Shown here: in pieces, positions 1 to 10,700 of the stretch | Position numbering within the stretch: the first letter of the stretch is position 1 | Layout: every line of letters starts with the position of its first letter | Assembly: GCA_964365855.1 (NCBI GenBank) | Contig: CAYIRC010000002.1 | Coordinates: 1,781 to 65,780, forward strand | Length of the DNA stretch: 64,000 nucleotides | Source: Candidatus Woesearchaeota archaeon | GTDB taxonomy: Archaea; Nanobdellota; Nanobdellia; Pacearchaeales; GW2011-AR1 | Direction of reading: 5' to 3' | Notes under the pieces: model-generated | What the model was told of the DNA's origin: nothing | The model's database searches: none | Seen by the model: only the letters and a program-made list of their open reading frames with translations | Made by a program: the position numbers and the translations under genes

Positions 1-193
1 CATATGCCCAGCTTCTTGGAGAAGAATTCCAGTATCCTGATTTCATGCCTACCAGCCCCTTCAATTTTTGGATTAATTTTTTTGCTTTGTCAGTAGATGG
101 ATTTTTGCAGAAATCTAATTCTAGTTGATTAATTCTTGAGTTTTCTTCAGCAAGTTCTTCATTCCTTGCAATATCGGTTAATGCATCTGACAT
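1..193 (-). CDS. hypothetical protein, 3' end truncated by window edge
   Basis: ATG at 193, open frame MSDAFTDIARNEELAEENSRINQLE... running to position 1; TTTAAATA box ~22 nt upstream. Confidence 0.5.
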   Translation of the reverse strand, partial: MSDALTDIARNEELAEENSRINQLELDFCKNPSTDKAKKLIQKLKGLVGMKSGYWNSSPRSWAY

Positions 194-224
194 AAAAGAA
201 TTCCAGATTAGAATTATTTAAAGA

Positions 225-437
225 TTATTGTGATTGTGTATCTGAGCTTAAATATGCAGTCAAGATATCGCATAATTCAGAGTCATATATGGGGTCTTTT
301 CCTCCCCTTGCTCTTGCTTGATTCAATCTGTCTCTAAAAGCAATATATTTTCTTTTTGATTCCTCCTTACTTGAAGACTGAAAGCTCTTTGACAAAAATT
401 CCTGCGTTATATATCTTTCATCTAGCTCACTGCTCAT
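225..437 (-). CDS. small hypothetical protein
   Basis: 70-aa ORF with ATG, co-oriented with neighbours; AT-rich TATA-like element upstream. Confidence 0.5.
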   Translation of the reverse strand: MSSELDERYITQEFLSKSFQSSSKEESKRKYIAFRDRLNQARARGGKDPIYDSELCDILTAYLSSDTQSQ

Positions 438-498
438 AGCATTGTGAAATTAAAAAAAGTTATAAATATTATTGTATTATTCGCTATCATTTATCAGT

Positions 499-1056
499 TC
501 ATTTTCTTCTTCCAATTAAAAATCCAACTAAACCTCCAGCAGCAAATCCGCCTGCAGCAACAGCGACATCATGCCAGTAATTCCTCTCTTTTTCTCCAAT
601 CCAATAAGTGCCAGAATCATAATTACTAGCAAAAATTCCTTTTTTATGATTTGACAATCTTTTTTCTGCAAATATAATATCCTCTTCCCTTGAATTTTCA
701 TTTGGAGGGAAATAAGCATAGCTTCCATCTCTCTCAATTGAGCTTCTTACTTCTTCAATTTCTCCTTCTTTAATTTTATCATAAGAGCAAGGGCAGACAA
801 AAATGCTTGTTTCCTCTAAAATTTCAGGATAAATCCTGCTTAATCTGTCAGGATATTCTTTATATTTATCATGATACTGCTCTAAAGCAATAGAAAGTTG
901 TTTCAAATTTGACTGGCAAATAAACCTTCGAAGCGTTTCTGGCTTGGAGAAAATATCTCCCAGAAAAAAACTGCCAATTGTCAAAGCACCTGTGATAATA
1001 TAAGTACAAACAGCCATTCCTATCAATCCTGAAGGAGTTATTCTTCCAAATTTCAT
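499..1056 (-). CDS. membrane protein with a DUF1559/prepilin-associated-like segment
   Basis: N- and C-terminal hydrophobic helices; motif RRFICQSNLKQLSIALEQYHDKYKEYP...FVCP resembles the 'C.NNLKQIGLA...Y...P' segment of PVC-group prepilin-type proteins. Confidence 0.6.
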   Translation of the reverse strand: MKFGRITPSGLIGMAVCTYIITGALTIGSFFLGDIFSKPETLRRFICQSNLKQLSIALEQYHDKYKEYPDRLSRIYPEILEETSIFVCPCSYDKIKEGEIEEVRSSIERDGSYAYFPPNENSREEDIIFAEKRLSNHKKGIFASNYDSGTYWIGEKERNYWHDVAVAAGGFAAGGLVGFLIGRRK

Positions 1057-1086
1057 ATAGCTAATAGTTATTTCAAGAATAAATAT

Positions 1087-4000
1087 TTACTGATGCTCAG
1101 CCAATCCCTTTCTGTCTCTTATCTTCCTAATAACTCCATACTGCAGGTTAGAAGGTAGCTTCTGGAATGTCTGGTCCATTAAGCTTGAAACTCCTCTTCC
1201 TTCTGTCGCACTTCTTAAATCATTGCTCCATCCAATCATTTCAGCTACCGGGATTTTAGCTTTGATAAATACTTCTGATTCTCTCTGCTCAACATTAATT
1301 AAAACTCCTCTCTTGCTTCCAACTAATTGTGTAACAGCCCCCATAAATTCAATAGGCGCTTCAATCATATGTGTTTGAATTGGCTCAAGTATTGCAGGCC
1401 CGCATTTCTTCATGCATTCAAACATTCCAAGCCTAACAGCTGGATAAACCTGTGCAGGCCCTCTATGCATATGGTCAACGTGAATTCTTATATCATGTAA
1501 AATCAGCTTTGATTTCATTAAAGGCTCTTTAGCTAATGGCCCACCGTCAACAACTAATTTCCATCCATCCATAATCGAGTCTATAATCTCGCCTAAAAGA
1601 ACAATTCCTCTTGTCCTGTCCTCGAAAACATTTCCTTTGTAAATCTCCCTATACTGTCTTGCTTCTTCATTTGAAATCCCTAATCCAGAAAGCTTCTTCC
1701 ATACATCTTCAACTTTTTTCTTGAATCTCACTTCAGGCAGTTCGCCTCTTTCAATTGTTTCATAAACATTATCTTCTAATGGCTCCATGCTAAAGTGAAA
1801 GATGTTATGCCCGTTTGGTGTTCTGACTTCAAGCTCTCCGCAGGGTTTTGAAATTGTTTCCCTATATACAACAATAGGGGCCCCGGTTTTTACTTCAAGC
1901 CCTTTCTCGCTCTTGATTCTTCCTTCTATAATCTCTAGGTGAAGTTCGCCCATACCAGAAATTAAATTTTCGCCAGTCTCTTCATTGATTTCAACTTTAA
2001 TGCTAGGGTCTTCCTTTGAAACCTTTCTCAAAACTTCAATTAATTTTGGCAGGTCAGCCGACCTTACAACTTCAATTGATTTTGTAATAACTGGCTGAAA
2101 TAAATGCCTAATTTCTTCAAATGGAGTCTGCTCTGTAATAGTTATTGTATCTCCGACATCTGCATTCAATCCTGAAACTGCAAGTACATTGCCGGCAGGA
2201 ACTCTTTCTAATTGTTCTGGCTTAATTCCATTGTAAACTAAAACCTGCTGTATCTTCCCTTTAGTCTTGGATTTATTGGCATAAACTTCCATTCCATTTA
2301 CAATTGTTCCGGAATACAAGCGCCCTGCTGAAATTTCCTTTCCAGACCTTGGGTCAATTACAATTTTTGTAATAATAAATGCCACCTCTCCTTCTTTATT
2401 GCATGCCAGTAAATCCTTGCCAAACTTGCTGTTCAAATCACCTGTCCAGATTTTTGGAATCCTATATTTCTGGGCTTCAATTGGATTAGGCAGATGCTTA
2501 ACAGCCATATCAAGAACAACTTCATGCAAAGGAGCATATTCCCAAACCCATTTTTTTCTTTCTTCGCCTTCTAATTCATAAATTTTGTAAATATCCTTAA
2601 AGCTTATATTCTTTTTCTTCATAAAGGGGATTGATAATGCCCAGTTGTCTCTTGCACTTCCAAATGCAACGCTTCCATCAAGAACATTGACTTTCCATTT
2701 TTCTTTATATTCAGGCTCTGCAATTTGCATTATTAAATTATTAAACGCTTCAATTATTTTCATAAATCTCTGTTGCATTTGTTCAGGATTTAATTTCAAT
2801 TCTTTGATTAGTCTGTCAACTTTATTAATAAACAAAATTGGCTTTACCCTCTCTCTTAGTGCCTGCTTCAAAACAGTTTCTGTTTGCGGCATAATTCCTT
2901 CTGAAGCGCAGACAAGAACAAATGTGCCGTCAATAGCTCTCATTGCTCTTGTAACATTTCCGGAAAAATCAACATGCCCGGGAGTATCAATCAAATTAAT
3001 CAGATATTCCTGCCCATGATATTCGTGAACCATTGAAACATTTGCAGCATCAACAGTCATAAGCCTTTCCTGTTCATCAGCGTGCTGCCATGTAGTCATT
3101 CCTTCATCTAAATTTCCTGCATTTTTTTCAGCCATCATTCCTGCAGCAGCCAAAAGATTATCTGTAAATGCCGTATTGTGTATAACCATTCCGCCAGCAA
3201 TAAAATTATGAGTTACAGGAATTGTAAAATCATAAACAATATCTTCAAATCCTTCTTCTATTTTTGTAACATCAATATACGCAAGTTCTTCATTTGCAAA
3301 ATCTTTTATCTTCTTATTTAACATCATCATTTGATTTCCAGACCTTACTTTATCACAAACAATGCTTCCTGATGCTTTTTCAATTAAAATTTTTAATTTT
3401 TCAGCTTTCTCATATAATCCAAACCCGATTTCTTTTTCAAAATTAATTGCAGAAACTCCTGAAATCGCAAGGGTGTTGTCTTTTTCTTTTATTCCAATAC
3501 AGCCAAATCTTAATAAAAGCAAATGCAAATCTTTTATCATCTGGTTGCTTGCAGAGCTTATTGTAATTGCACTTCTTGATTTTTCAACACATCCATCAGT
3601 ATCAAAATAGCCGCTCAATAAATTTGTAATATTCTTATTTGAATTTTGCCATACAAAATCAGAAATTTTAATATTATGTGATTTTTGCCTTAAAGGATAA
3701 TCAAATAAGCTGTTTAATATTTCGGCAAAAGTCATATTCGTATGCACTTCAGGCGTTTTATCAATTCTTTCAACTTTTTTTACTTCAACTCCAAGTTTTT
3801 CAAAAAATACAACTACTTTTTCAGCAAGTTCCTGTTTTCCAGCAATAAATTTTTTATTAGAGCCATCACCAATAAATAATCCTGCAATATAAAATAACTC
3901 TTCAAAGTTTTGAGGCAATTTTATCGCAATAGAATTTTGCCCTCTTTGTTTTCCAGTTCTAAACCATATACTCTCTATTTTATCATAAGCATCAGCTAAT

Positions 4001-4698
4001 GAAATATTAAATATTCTGCATATTTCAACAAAATCTTTTAAGTTATATCTATTCTGCCAAATTCCATGATAAAATGATTTTTGTTTTATACTAATTTTTA
4101 TCTTCTTTATTCCAAACTTCAAAATTTTATTCTTTAATACATTTGCAAAATTTTCTTTAAGCTTAACATAAAAGTTCTTCTTAGAAAGCTTCTCAAGAAT
4201 TGCTTTTTTGACATCCATATTGCTATCAACATTTAATTTTCTTGAACAAACTATTCTATCTCCTAATTTCAAATCCTTTACTTCAACATCTTCAAATCCG
4301 TTCCTTAATGCAATATATTTATGCTCAGGAGTAGTCACCATTTCAAATCCGTTCCTTAAAGTTATTCTTATTGTTCTTCCGCCTTTCAGTCTCCATGCAT
4401 ACTGAATCGTTTTTTTCTCAATGCTTCCAGTCAGTTTATTTAATGAAAATATTTCTATCTCTTTATTTGGCACAAAAACAGTATGTTCCTCATTTTCCTC
4501 ATAAACTTTGCCATCTTTTGCAACTTCTTCAAAAATATCTTTGGCATTTTTTGCCTGCCCATTTGTCAAAACCAATCTTGTATCGCCTGCCACACATTTG
4601 CCGTGGTGAATATGCGCGCTTGTCGCTATGTTTCTTATGTTTTTCTGGCTTGAAATCAGCCTTTTTATCTTGTCTAATGATGCTTCTTTGTCTGCCAT
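1087..4698 (-). CDS. fusA: translation elongation factor EF-2 (aEF-2), intein-containing
   Basis: IRNIATSAHIHHGK|T P-loop, LIDTPGHVDF, NKVD, HRGPAQ diphthamide loop, LRSATEGRG; lies downstream of rps7. Confidence 0.97.
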   Translation of the reverse strand: MADKEASLDKIKRLISSQKNIRNIATSAHIHHGKCVAGDTRLVLTNGQAKNAKDIFEEVAKDGKVYEENEEHTVFVPNKEIEIFSLNKLTGSIEKKTIQYAWRLKGGRTIRITLRNGFEMVTTPEHKYIALRNGFEDVEVKDLKLGDRIVCSRKLNVDSNMDVKKAILEKLSKKNFYVKLKENFANVLKNKILKFGIKKIKISIKQKSFYHGIWQNRYNLKDFVEICRIFNISLADAYDKIESIWFRTGKQRGQNSIAIKLPQNFEELFYIAGLFIGDGSNKKFIAGKQELAEKVVVFFEKLGVEVKKVERIDKTPEVHTNMTFAEILNSLFDYPLRQKSHNIKISDFVWQNSNKNITNLLSGYFDTDGCVEKSRSAITISSASNQMIKDLHLLLLRFGCIGIKEKDNTLAISGVSAINFEKEIGFGLYEKAEKLKILIEKASGSIVCDKVRSGNQMMMLNKKIKDFANEELAYIDVTKIEEGFEDIVYDFTIPVTHNFIAGGMVIHNTAFTDNLLAAAGMMAEKNAGNLDEGMTTWQHADEQERLMTVDAANVSMVHEYHGQEYLINLIDTPGHVDFSGNVTRAMRAIDGTFVLVCASEGIMPQTETVLKQALRERVKPILFINKVDRLIKELKLNPEQMQQRFMKIIEAFNNLIMQIAEPEYKEKWKVNVLDGSVAFGSARDNWALSIPFMKKKNISFKDIYKIYELEGEERKKWVWEYAPLHEVVLDMAVKHLPNPIEAQKYRIPKIWTGDLNSKFGKDLLACNKEGEVAFIITKIVIDPRSGKEISAGRLYSGTIVNGMEVYANKSKTKGKIQQVLVYNGIKPEQLERVPAGNVLAVSGLNADVGDTITITEQTPFEEIRHLFQPVITKSIEVVRSADLPKLIEVLRKVSKEDPSIKVEINEETGENLISGMGELHLEIIEGRIKSEKGLEVKTGAPIVVYRETISKPCGELEVRTPNGHNIFHFSMEPLEDNVYETIERGELPEVRFKKKVEDVWKKLSGLGISNEEARQYREIYKGNVFEDRTRGIVLLGEIIDSIMDGWKLVVDGGPLAKEPLMKSKLILHDIRIHVDHMHRGPAQVYPAVRLGMFECMKKCGPAILEPIQTHMIEAPIEFMGAVTQLVGSKRGVLINVEQRESEVFIKAKIPVAEMIGWSNDLRSATEGRGVSSLMDQTFQKLPSNLQYGVIRKIRDRKGLAEHQ
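3175..4596 (-). mobile_element. intein (474 aa) with LAGLIDADG homing endonuclease, inserted in the EF-2 P-loop
   Basis: Starts C(VAGDT) after GK; block B TTPEHKY; LAGLIDADG motifs IAGLFIGDGS and LSGYFDTDGC; ends VYDFTIPVTHNFIAGGMVIHN followed by Thr as +1 extein. Confidence 0.95.
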
Positions 4699-4764
4699 TT
4701 TGCGCTAATTTGGAATAAGCTTCCATAAGAAAATAGCTTTTTAAAGCTTTACCCGATTAGGAAA

Positions 4765-4965
4765 TTAATCTGCAAAACTATATCTGCTTCTTCCAAAAAA
4801 AGAGTCATGTTCAAGTTCAAGAGAACTGCAATGTTTTGTATAATATTGTCTCGGATGTTTGACTACAGAACTGCGCTGGTTTGGCTGATGCCTGTATAAA
4901 TAAAAAGAATTTTGCCTCATTGCCTGTGGAACAGCCTTGGTTCCCTTTGTTTTTTGTCTTGACAT
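4765..4965 (-). CDS. small basic hypothetical protein
   Basis: 66-aa ORF, co-oriented; TTTATAAA box ~22 nt upstream. Confidence 0.4.
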   Translation of the reverse strand: MSRQKTKGTKAVPQAMRQNSFYLYRHQPNQRSSVVKHPRQYYTKHCSSLELEHDSFFGRSRYSFAD

Positions 4966-5020
4966 TTTATTTTGATTATTTTTGACTTTATAAATATTAT
5001 TAATAAATAAATTATAGTTT

Positions 5021-5665
5021 TTACAGACACTTCTCCAGAAGGTTAGATATAGTTATGAATTTATAATGCCTTTTCTTTAATTCAATTATCGCTCTTTTTG
5101 TTATTTCAATAATGTCTTTGTTTCTGCCAATATTTTCAAGATAGTCATGCATATTGATAATAGAGCCATTTCTTGTTTTTCTCAAAACATTATCAACCGC
5201 GTATTCAACGCCTTTCAATCTCCAGTTATGAGAAATTGCATCGCAATAAACAATTTTTTTCCCAAGTTTTTTGCATACATTATAAGCATTAAATCCAATG
5301 CGCAGATATGGTGGTCTCATAATCTTTGTTTTTATACCCAATAATTTATCTGTCTCTTCAATCTCATCTTCAATAAATTTTTTAGATTTAAACAGCAAGG
5401 ATTTATGCGAAAAAGTATGATTTCCAATTTCATGTTTATCTTTCTTTATTTTTTTCAAAATATTCTCTCTGCCTTCGATTCTTTTTCCCTCAATAAAAAA
5501 AGTTGCTTTAATGTTAAATTTTTTTAAAAGTTTTAATAATCCAAGAGTCTCTTCTGAAAGAGAGTCATCATAAGTTAATGCAATTTTTCTTTCTTTTCTC
5601 GAACCATGAAAATAAATATTACCCAAATGTTCTGGAAGACTAAGATAATTCGGCCATAATTCCAT
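5021..5665 (-). CDS. polysaccharide deacetylase (CE4/NodB family)
   Basis: Motifs LTYDD, GNHTFSH, RPPY, MHD. Confidence 0.9.
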   Translation of the reverse strand: MELWPNYLSLPEHLGNIYFHGSRKERKIALTYDDSLSEETLGLLKLLKKFNIKATFFIEGKRIEGRENILKKIKKDKHEIGNHTFSHKSLLFKSKKFIEDEIEETDKLLGIKTKIMRPPYLRIGFNAYNVCKKLGKKIVYCDAISHNWRLKGVEYAVDNVLRKTRNGSIINMHDYLENIGRNKDIIEITKRAIIELKKRHYKFITISNLLEKCL

Positions 5666-5695
5666 TTATGTTTTAAAATAAGATTATTAATAAAT

Positions 5696-6313
5696 TTATC
5701 TCGCAGAATCAGCCTGCTTTTCAGCCTCGTTTCTCTTGCCGGCTGCAAAGCTTTCCATATTATTTTCAGAAGCCATTACAATTTCATTTGTAAGAGTTTC
5801 AGCTATCTTTTTCTTTTTGCCAAATGCTTTTCCATAAGCTCCTTGCACAAACCATCTTATTGCCAAATTGACGCGCCTGCTTGGACTGCAGTCAACAGCC
5901 TGTGGATACCTTGCTCCGCCAGATTCAATTACTGTAATCTCATCTCTTGGAGAGCCATAATTAACAGCATCAACTAAAACCTGCACCGGATTTTTCTTTG
6001 TCCTTTCCTGTATAAGTTGAAGAACCTTAAGAACTGTTTTCATGTTCATATTATATTTTCCAGAACTCCAGCTTGTGATTATTCTATGTTTCTTGCCTGC
6101 ATGCCCGGGAACAGCAAGCCTATTTGCAAGTCTTTCAACGATATTGACTTTTGTATTTGCAAATTTCTCAATATTTCTTCCCTGTGATTTAAGAAGCAAC
6201 TTTGGCTCTAAATTAATAAAAGGCTTAAGAGCAGGGTCTTTTATTTTTATATCTGAAACATCATATAAATCAAATAATTTAAATTCAATATCTTTATTTT
6301 TTTCTTCTGCCAT
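5696..6313 (-). CDS. rps7: 30S ribosomal protein S7 (archaeal)
   Basis: IVERLAN, NPVQVLVDAV, PQAVDCSPSRRVNLA, EKQADSAR. Confidence 0.96.
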   Translation of the reverse strand: MAEEKNKDIEFKLFDLYDVSDIKIKDPALKPFINLEPKLLLKSQGRNIEKFANTKVNIVERLANRLAVPGHAGKKHRIITSWSSGKYNMNMKTVLKVLQLIQERTKKNPVQVLVDAVNYGSPRDEITVIESGGARYPQAVDCSPSRRVNLAIRWFVQGAYGKAFGKKKKIAETLTNEIVMASENNMESFAAGKRNEAEKQADSAR

Positions 6314-6714
6314 TATGCTGCTCTCCTGACAATTTTATTTTGTTCATTAATTCCAAAAATAGCCTGCAATTCATCATAATCATCAGGTTCATAAGATAAT
6401 TTAAATTTTAATATTTCTGAATAAAAGCCATGTTCTATATAAAAGAACTTTGGCATTTCATTGTCTTCATCTCTAAAAGGAATATTTGCAGAAGGATTCT
6501 TTCTTTGAAGTATGTCAATTCCTCCTCTGTCAAATCTTAAAATTCCTTGATAAACTGCTCCATTCACAATACTTTTATAAGTTACCATTTGTCCCACACA
6601 TGCACCCAATTGCCTTAAACCATCAACACCAACAGATTCTTTTTCATCAGACTCAACTAATTCTAATGTTGCATTGCTTCCAACTGTCTGGCAAACTGTA
6701 TCAATCCATGTCAT
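6313..6714 (-). CDS. hypothetical protein between rps12 and rps7
   Basis: 133-aa ORF abutting rps12 and overlapping the rps7 start (TAATG coupling). Confidence 0.7.
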   Translation of the reverse strand: MTWIDTVCQTVGSNATLELVESDEKESVGVDGLRQLGACVGQMVTYKSIVNGAVYQGILRFDRGGIDILQRKNPSANIPFRDEDNEMPKFFYIEHGFYSEILKFKLSYEPDDYDELQAIFGINEQNKIVRRAA

Positions 6715-6715
6715 T

Positions 6716-7138
6716 TTATCTTCTGCCCTTCTCTATCTTGCCTTTTACAAGCAGTCGTAAAGGCTGATCATTTACTTTGATGACTGAAAATCTGATTCCA
6801 GGAATATCTCCCTTAGTTCTTCCCATTCCCCCGCCAATTCTTTGGATAATAACTTCATCGTGTTCATCAATAAATCTCTGCGCTAAATTTCCAGGAATGA
6901 ATGCTCCAACCTGGATTCCATTTTTGATTAACTGCACCTTGCAGCATTTTCTCATTGCAGAATTTGGCTGTTTTGCTTCTTTTTGGAATTTTGAAATTAC
7001 AATTCCCTTTGCTTGTGATGCCCCTTCAAGAGGATCAACTTTTTTTTGCAAATTCATAGCCCTTGCTTTATATTCTCTCTGGCTCCATCTAAATTTTCGC
7101 CTATTTTTCATTAATTTCATTGCATTTTTTAGTCCCAT
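6716..7138 (-). CDS. rps12: 30S ribosomal protein S12 (uS12)
   Basis: [22 protein letters not shown]. Confidence 0.96.
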   Translation of the reverse strand: MGLKNAMKLMKNRRKFRWSQREYKARAMNLQKKVDPLEGASQAKGIVISKFQKEAKQPNSAMRKCCKVQLIKNGIQVGAFIPGNLAQRFIDEHDEVIIQRIGGGMGRTKGDIPGIRFSVIKVNDQPLRLLVKGKIEKGRR

Positions 7139-7183
7139 ATTTTTAGCTAATTATTTTGGTTTTTAAATCTTTAGATGTAAGAT

Positions 7184-7600
7184 CTAGACAATTTTTAAGT
7201 TAATTGTAAAACAATCTTGCAGTATTTGTTTTAATTCTTCCAATCTTTTTTTGTCTCGTCCTATCAAAGCAGCCTTATTTTGTGTCCCGCCGGCTGTTAA
7301 TATAAATAATCCTCCCCTTTGTTCAAGTGATTTGAATCTTATTGGCGATACAATATCTTCAACAAATCTTTTTGCATCTCCTAAACTTTCTGCTTCTTCA
7401 ATTATTCTTATTCTCTTGCCAAGATTTTGCTGAATTCTTTTTACATTTAATGCATCTGGCCCAATAGCTTTAGAAACAAGTTTTTTAGGAACAGCGAAAA
7501 TAATTGTATTGTTGTATATAAAGCATTTTCTTGTTTTAACATTTGAGGTTCTGTCTAACAAATTTATATACCTCATAGTTTGCATATTTATTATTGACAT
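7184..7600 (-). CDS. nusA: archaeal NusA (KH-domain) transcription factor
   Basis: SKAIGPDALNV and AALIGRDKKRL KH motifs; canonical position between rpoA and rps12. Confidence 0.85.
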   Translation of the reverse strand: MSIINMQTMRYINLLDRTSNVKTRKCFIYNNTIIFAVPKKLVSKAIGPDALNVKRIQQNLGKRIRIIEEAESLGDAKRFVEDIVSPIRFKSLEQRGGLFILTAGGTQNKAALIGRDKKRLEELKQILQDCFTINLKIV

Positions 7601-7712
7601 CTTAATATCGAGAATTCCTGATTTTAATCAAGCAAATTTCATACAGATTAAAAAATTTTCCAATCATTTTTATAGGCTTTTTTCATCAAACAACTTTATA
7701 AATTTATCTTAA

Positions 7713-10700
7713 TTAATCCTCTTTTTTCTTCTTCTCTTTTTCAAGTTCTTTGTTTACTAAAGGGCCTGTAACTCTTACAAGAAGCCCTGGCAACCCTGTT
7801 CCAACTGGAATTGGCTGGTTAAGAAGGATATTTTCTATAACAGATTTAAGTTCATCTCTTCCGCCATGCATTGTAGCATTAATTATTTGTTTATCAGGTG
7901 TTTCAAATGTTGCTCTTGCAAGAATGCTTGCTTTATCAGATATAATCCCCATTCTTGTAACTCCTTTTATAACCCCCGATGAAGTCATTGAATCAGCAAC
8001 TAATTTCAAATGCCTCTCATTAATATCAAGTCCCTGGCTCTCAATAATTTTCTTGATTTCGTTAATTATAGTTTGTCTTGCTGCTTCAATTCCGAGAACA
8101 TTATTTACATCATAAATATCATTGCTCGTCATCCTATCCTTATCAACTCCTTTAATTTCCCTTACCTCTTTCATATTCGAGCCAGCTGTCAAAACAATAA
8201 AGTCTTTGCCTTTATTTGACACAACAACCTGGGTTATTCCTTTTACGCCGGAAATTATTGTGTCTTTTAATTTTTCTTTCAATTTATATATTGCTTTAAA
8301 GTCTAAGTCAGAAACATTAATACTTATCTTAAAGTCTTTTCCTTTTGCATTAATCAATTTCTCATTCAATCTTTCAATAATCTTTTGTGCACCTACATGA
8401 ACAGATTTTAATGCCTTTGCGTCCAGTTCAATTTCAATCTTTTTATTTCCAAAATCAATCTTTATTTCAGAAATTATTTCTTTCAATTTAACTTCTTTTA
8501 TTTTCTCAGCAATAACTCTTGCTTCCTTCTCATTATTGAATCCTCTCTCAAGATAAATTTCCATAGATGGTGTTGAAGGAATTTTTCTTGCATCAAGAAT
8601 TTCAATTAATCTTGGCAGTCCTAATGTAATTTGCATTTGTGCAACTCCCGCATGGTGGAATACTCTTAATACCATCTGTGTGGATGCTTCTCCAAATGAT
8701 TGTGCTGTTACAACCCCTACAGCTTCTCCTGGCGCCACTTTATTTTCTTTCAAATGTAATTTAGAAACATCTTTTCCGTCGTCACCCCACACAAATTGAA
8801 TAATATTTTCAGAAGCATCTCTGACTGTTCCATCATACTCAACTTTCAAATCTTGTAATGCGCTCACAAGCCTTCTGTATAAGTATCCTGACTTGGGTGT
8901 TCTTAATGCTGTATCCATTAAGCTGTCTCTTCCTGTTATTGCTCCAAAGAAAAATTCAGAAGGTTTCAATCCATTGAAGAATGCAGACTTGATAAAACCT
9001 CTTGCTTCTGGAGAGAGGTCTCCTTCTTTGAAGAAGGACAATGTTCTATTTGTATATCCAAAACTAACTCTCTTATTCCATAAAATCTGTTGTCCTACAC
9101 AACAGCCAATCTGAGTTATGTTAAGCATGCTTCCTGCAGCTTTAGGAGTTATCATTTTATTGACATTGCCATCCACCGGAAAATTTGATTGTACAATTCT
9201 GCCTGATTCAGTTCTTACTTCATTTAGAACTTGAGAAATTCTTGTCTCTCTTGTCTCTTCAAGAGTTTTTCCTGGAATAAGTATAAGATTTCCAGACTCA
9301 TATTCTTTGATTATTTCAGCAGTTTTCTTTTCAGCTGCAACAACAACTTCATCAGTCATTTTCTTAACTTTTTCAGAAACACTTAAGTCTTGTACAGATA
9401 ATGTATACCCTTTTCTTGAAAGATAAGTTGTGCCTAGTCTGAATGCCTTGTCTATTGTTTCCATTGTTATATCTCTTCCAGACTCTCTGTCAATAATCTT
9501 GACCATTTCTCCATCTTCAACACCAAATGAATTTGCGCCTGTAATTTCTTCATGGACTTTGATGCTTGAGCCTTTAGGAAGTATCTGGCTAAAAACTTCC
9601 CTGCCACTTATTTCTTTGCCTTTCGCTAAATTCATAACACCGGAACTAAACAATAGCTGGTCTGCTTCTTCTTTTGTGAGCTTGCTCTTGCTTAATATAT
9701 ATGCTCCAGTTACAGCATCAGCTTTTGTTCCAATTAAGTTCATATTATTTTTTGAAGAAATAATATTCTTGCTTACATCAAGAAGAATTTTAGCTTCTGC
9801 AAGTGCTTCTTCAGTCTGGGGGCTATGGATATTGCATTCATCTCCATCATAGTCTGCATTGTAAGGCTCTGCAGCGCCAGGATGAAGCCTGAATGTCCTG
9901 TTAGGCAAGACCCTTACATAATGCGCCATCAAGCTCTGCTTGTGCAATGAAGGATGTCTGTTAAACAATACAATATCTCCATCTCTTAAGTGTCTTTCAA
10001 TCTTATATCCTGGCTGTATTTCAATGCATAATTCTTCTTTCAAGTCATCTGTAATTCTCTTTTTCTTGCCATCAGTTCTGATTACATAATTTGCTCCAGG
10101 ATAATTTGCTCCTCTTCTAATAAGCTCTTTCATCTCTTCTATATTCATAGTTGTTACAGATTCTGCAACAGTAATTATTTTTGCAACTTCATATGGGATG
10201 CCAATTTCATTTAGCTTTATGCACGGATCAGGAGAAATAACAGTTCTTCCAGAATAGTTAACTCTCTTTCCGGCAAGATTATGTCTAATTCTTCCTTCTT
10301 TTCCTTTAATTCTGTCTGTCATTGTTTTCAATGGTTGCCCGGATCTATGTCTTGCAGGAGGAATCTTTGGGGTATTATTGTCAAAGAAAGTTGTAATATG
10401 ATACTGCAGCAAATCCCATAAGTCTTCAATAATAACTTCAGGAGCTCCAGCATTAAGGTTTTCCCATAATCTTTGATTTGACCTTATAATATCAGACAGC
10501 TTATGAGTTAATGCGTCTTCACTTCTTTCTCCGGATTCTAGTGTGATAGATGGTCTTACTGTTACAGAAGGTACAAGCAATAGTGATAATATTGCCCATT
10601 CAGGCCTGCATGTTTTAGGGTTAATTCCTATTTTCTTGAATTCGTCATCTGGAATATTAACAAGCCGTTCCCTGATTTCAATAGGAGAAAGCCTCTTTTT

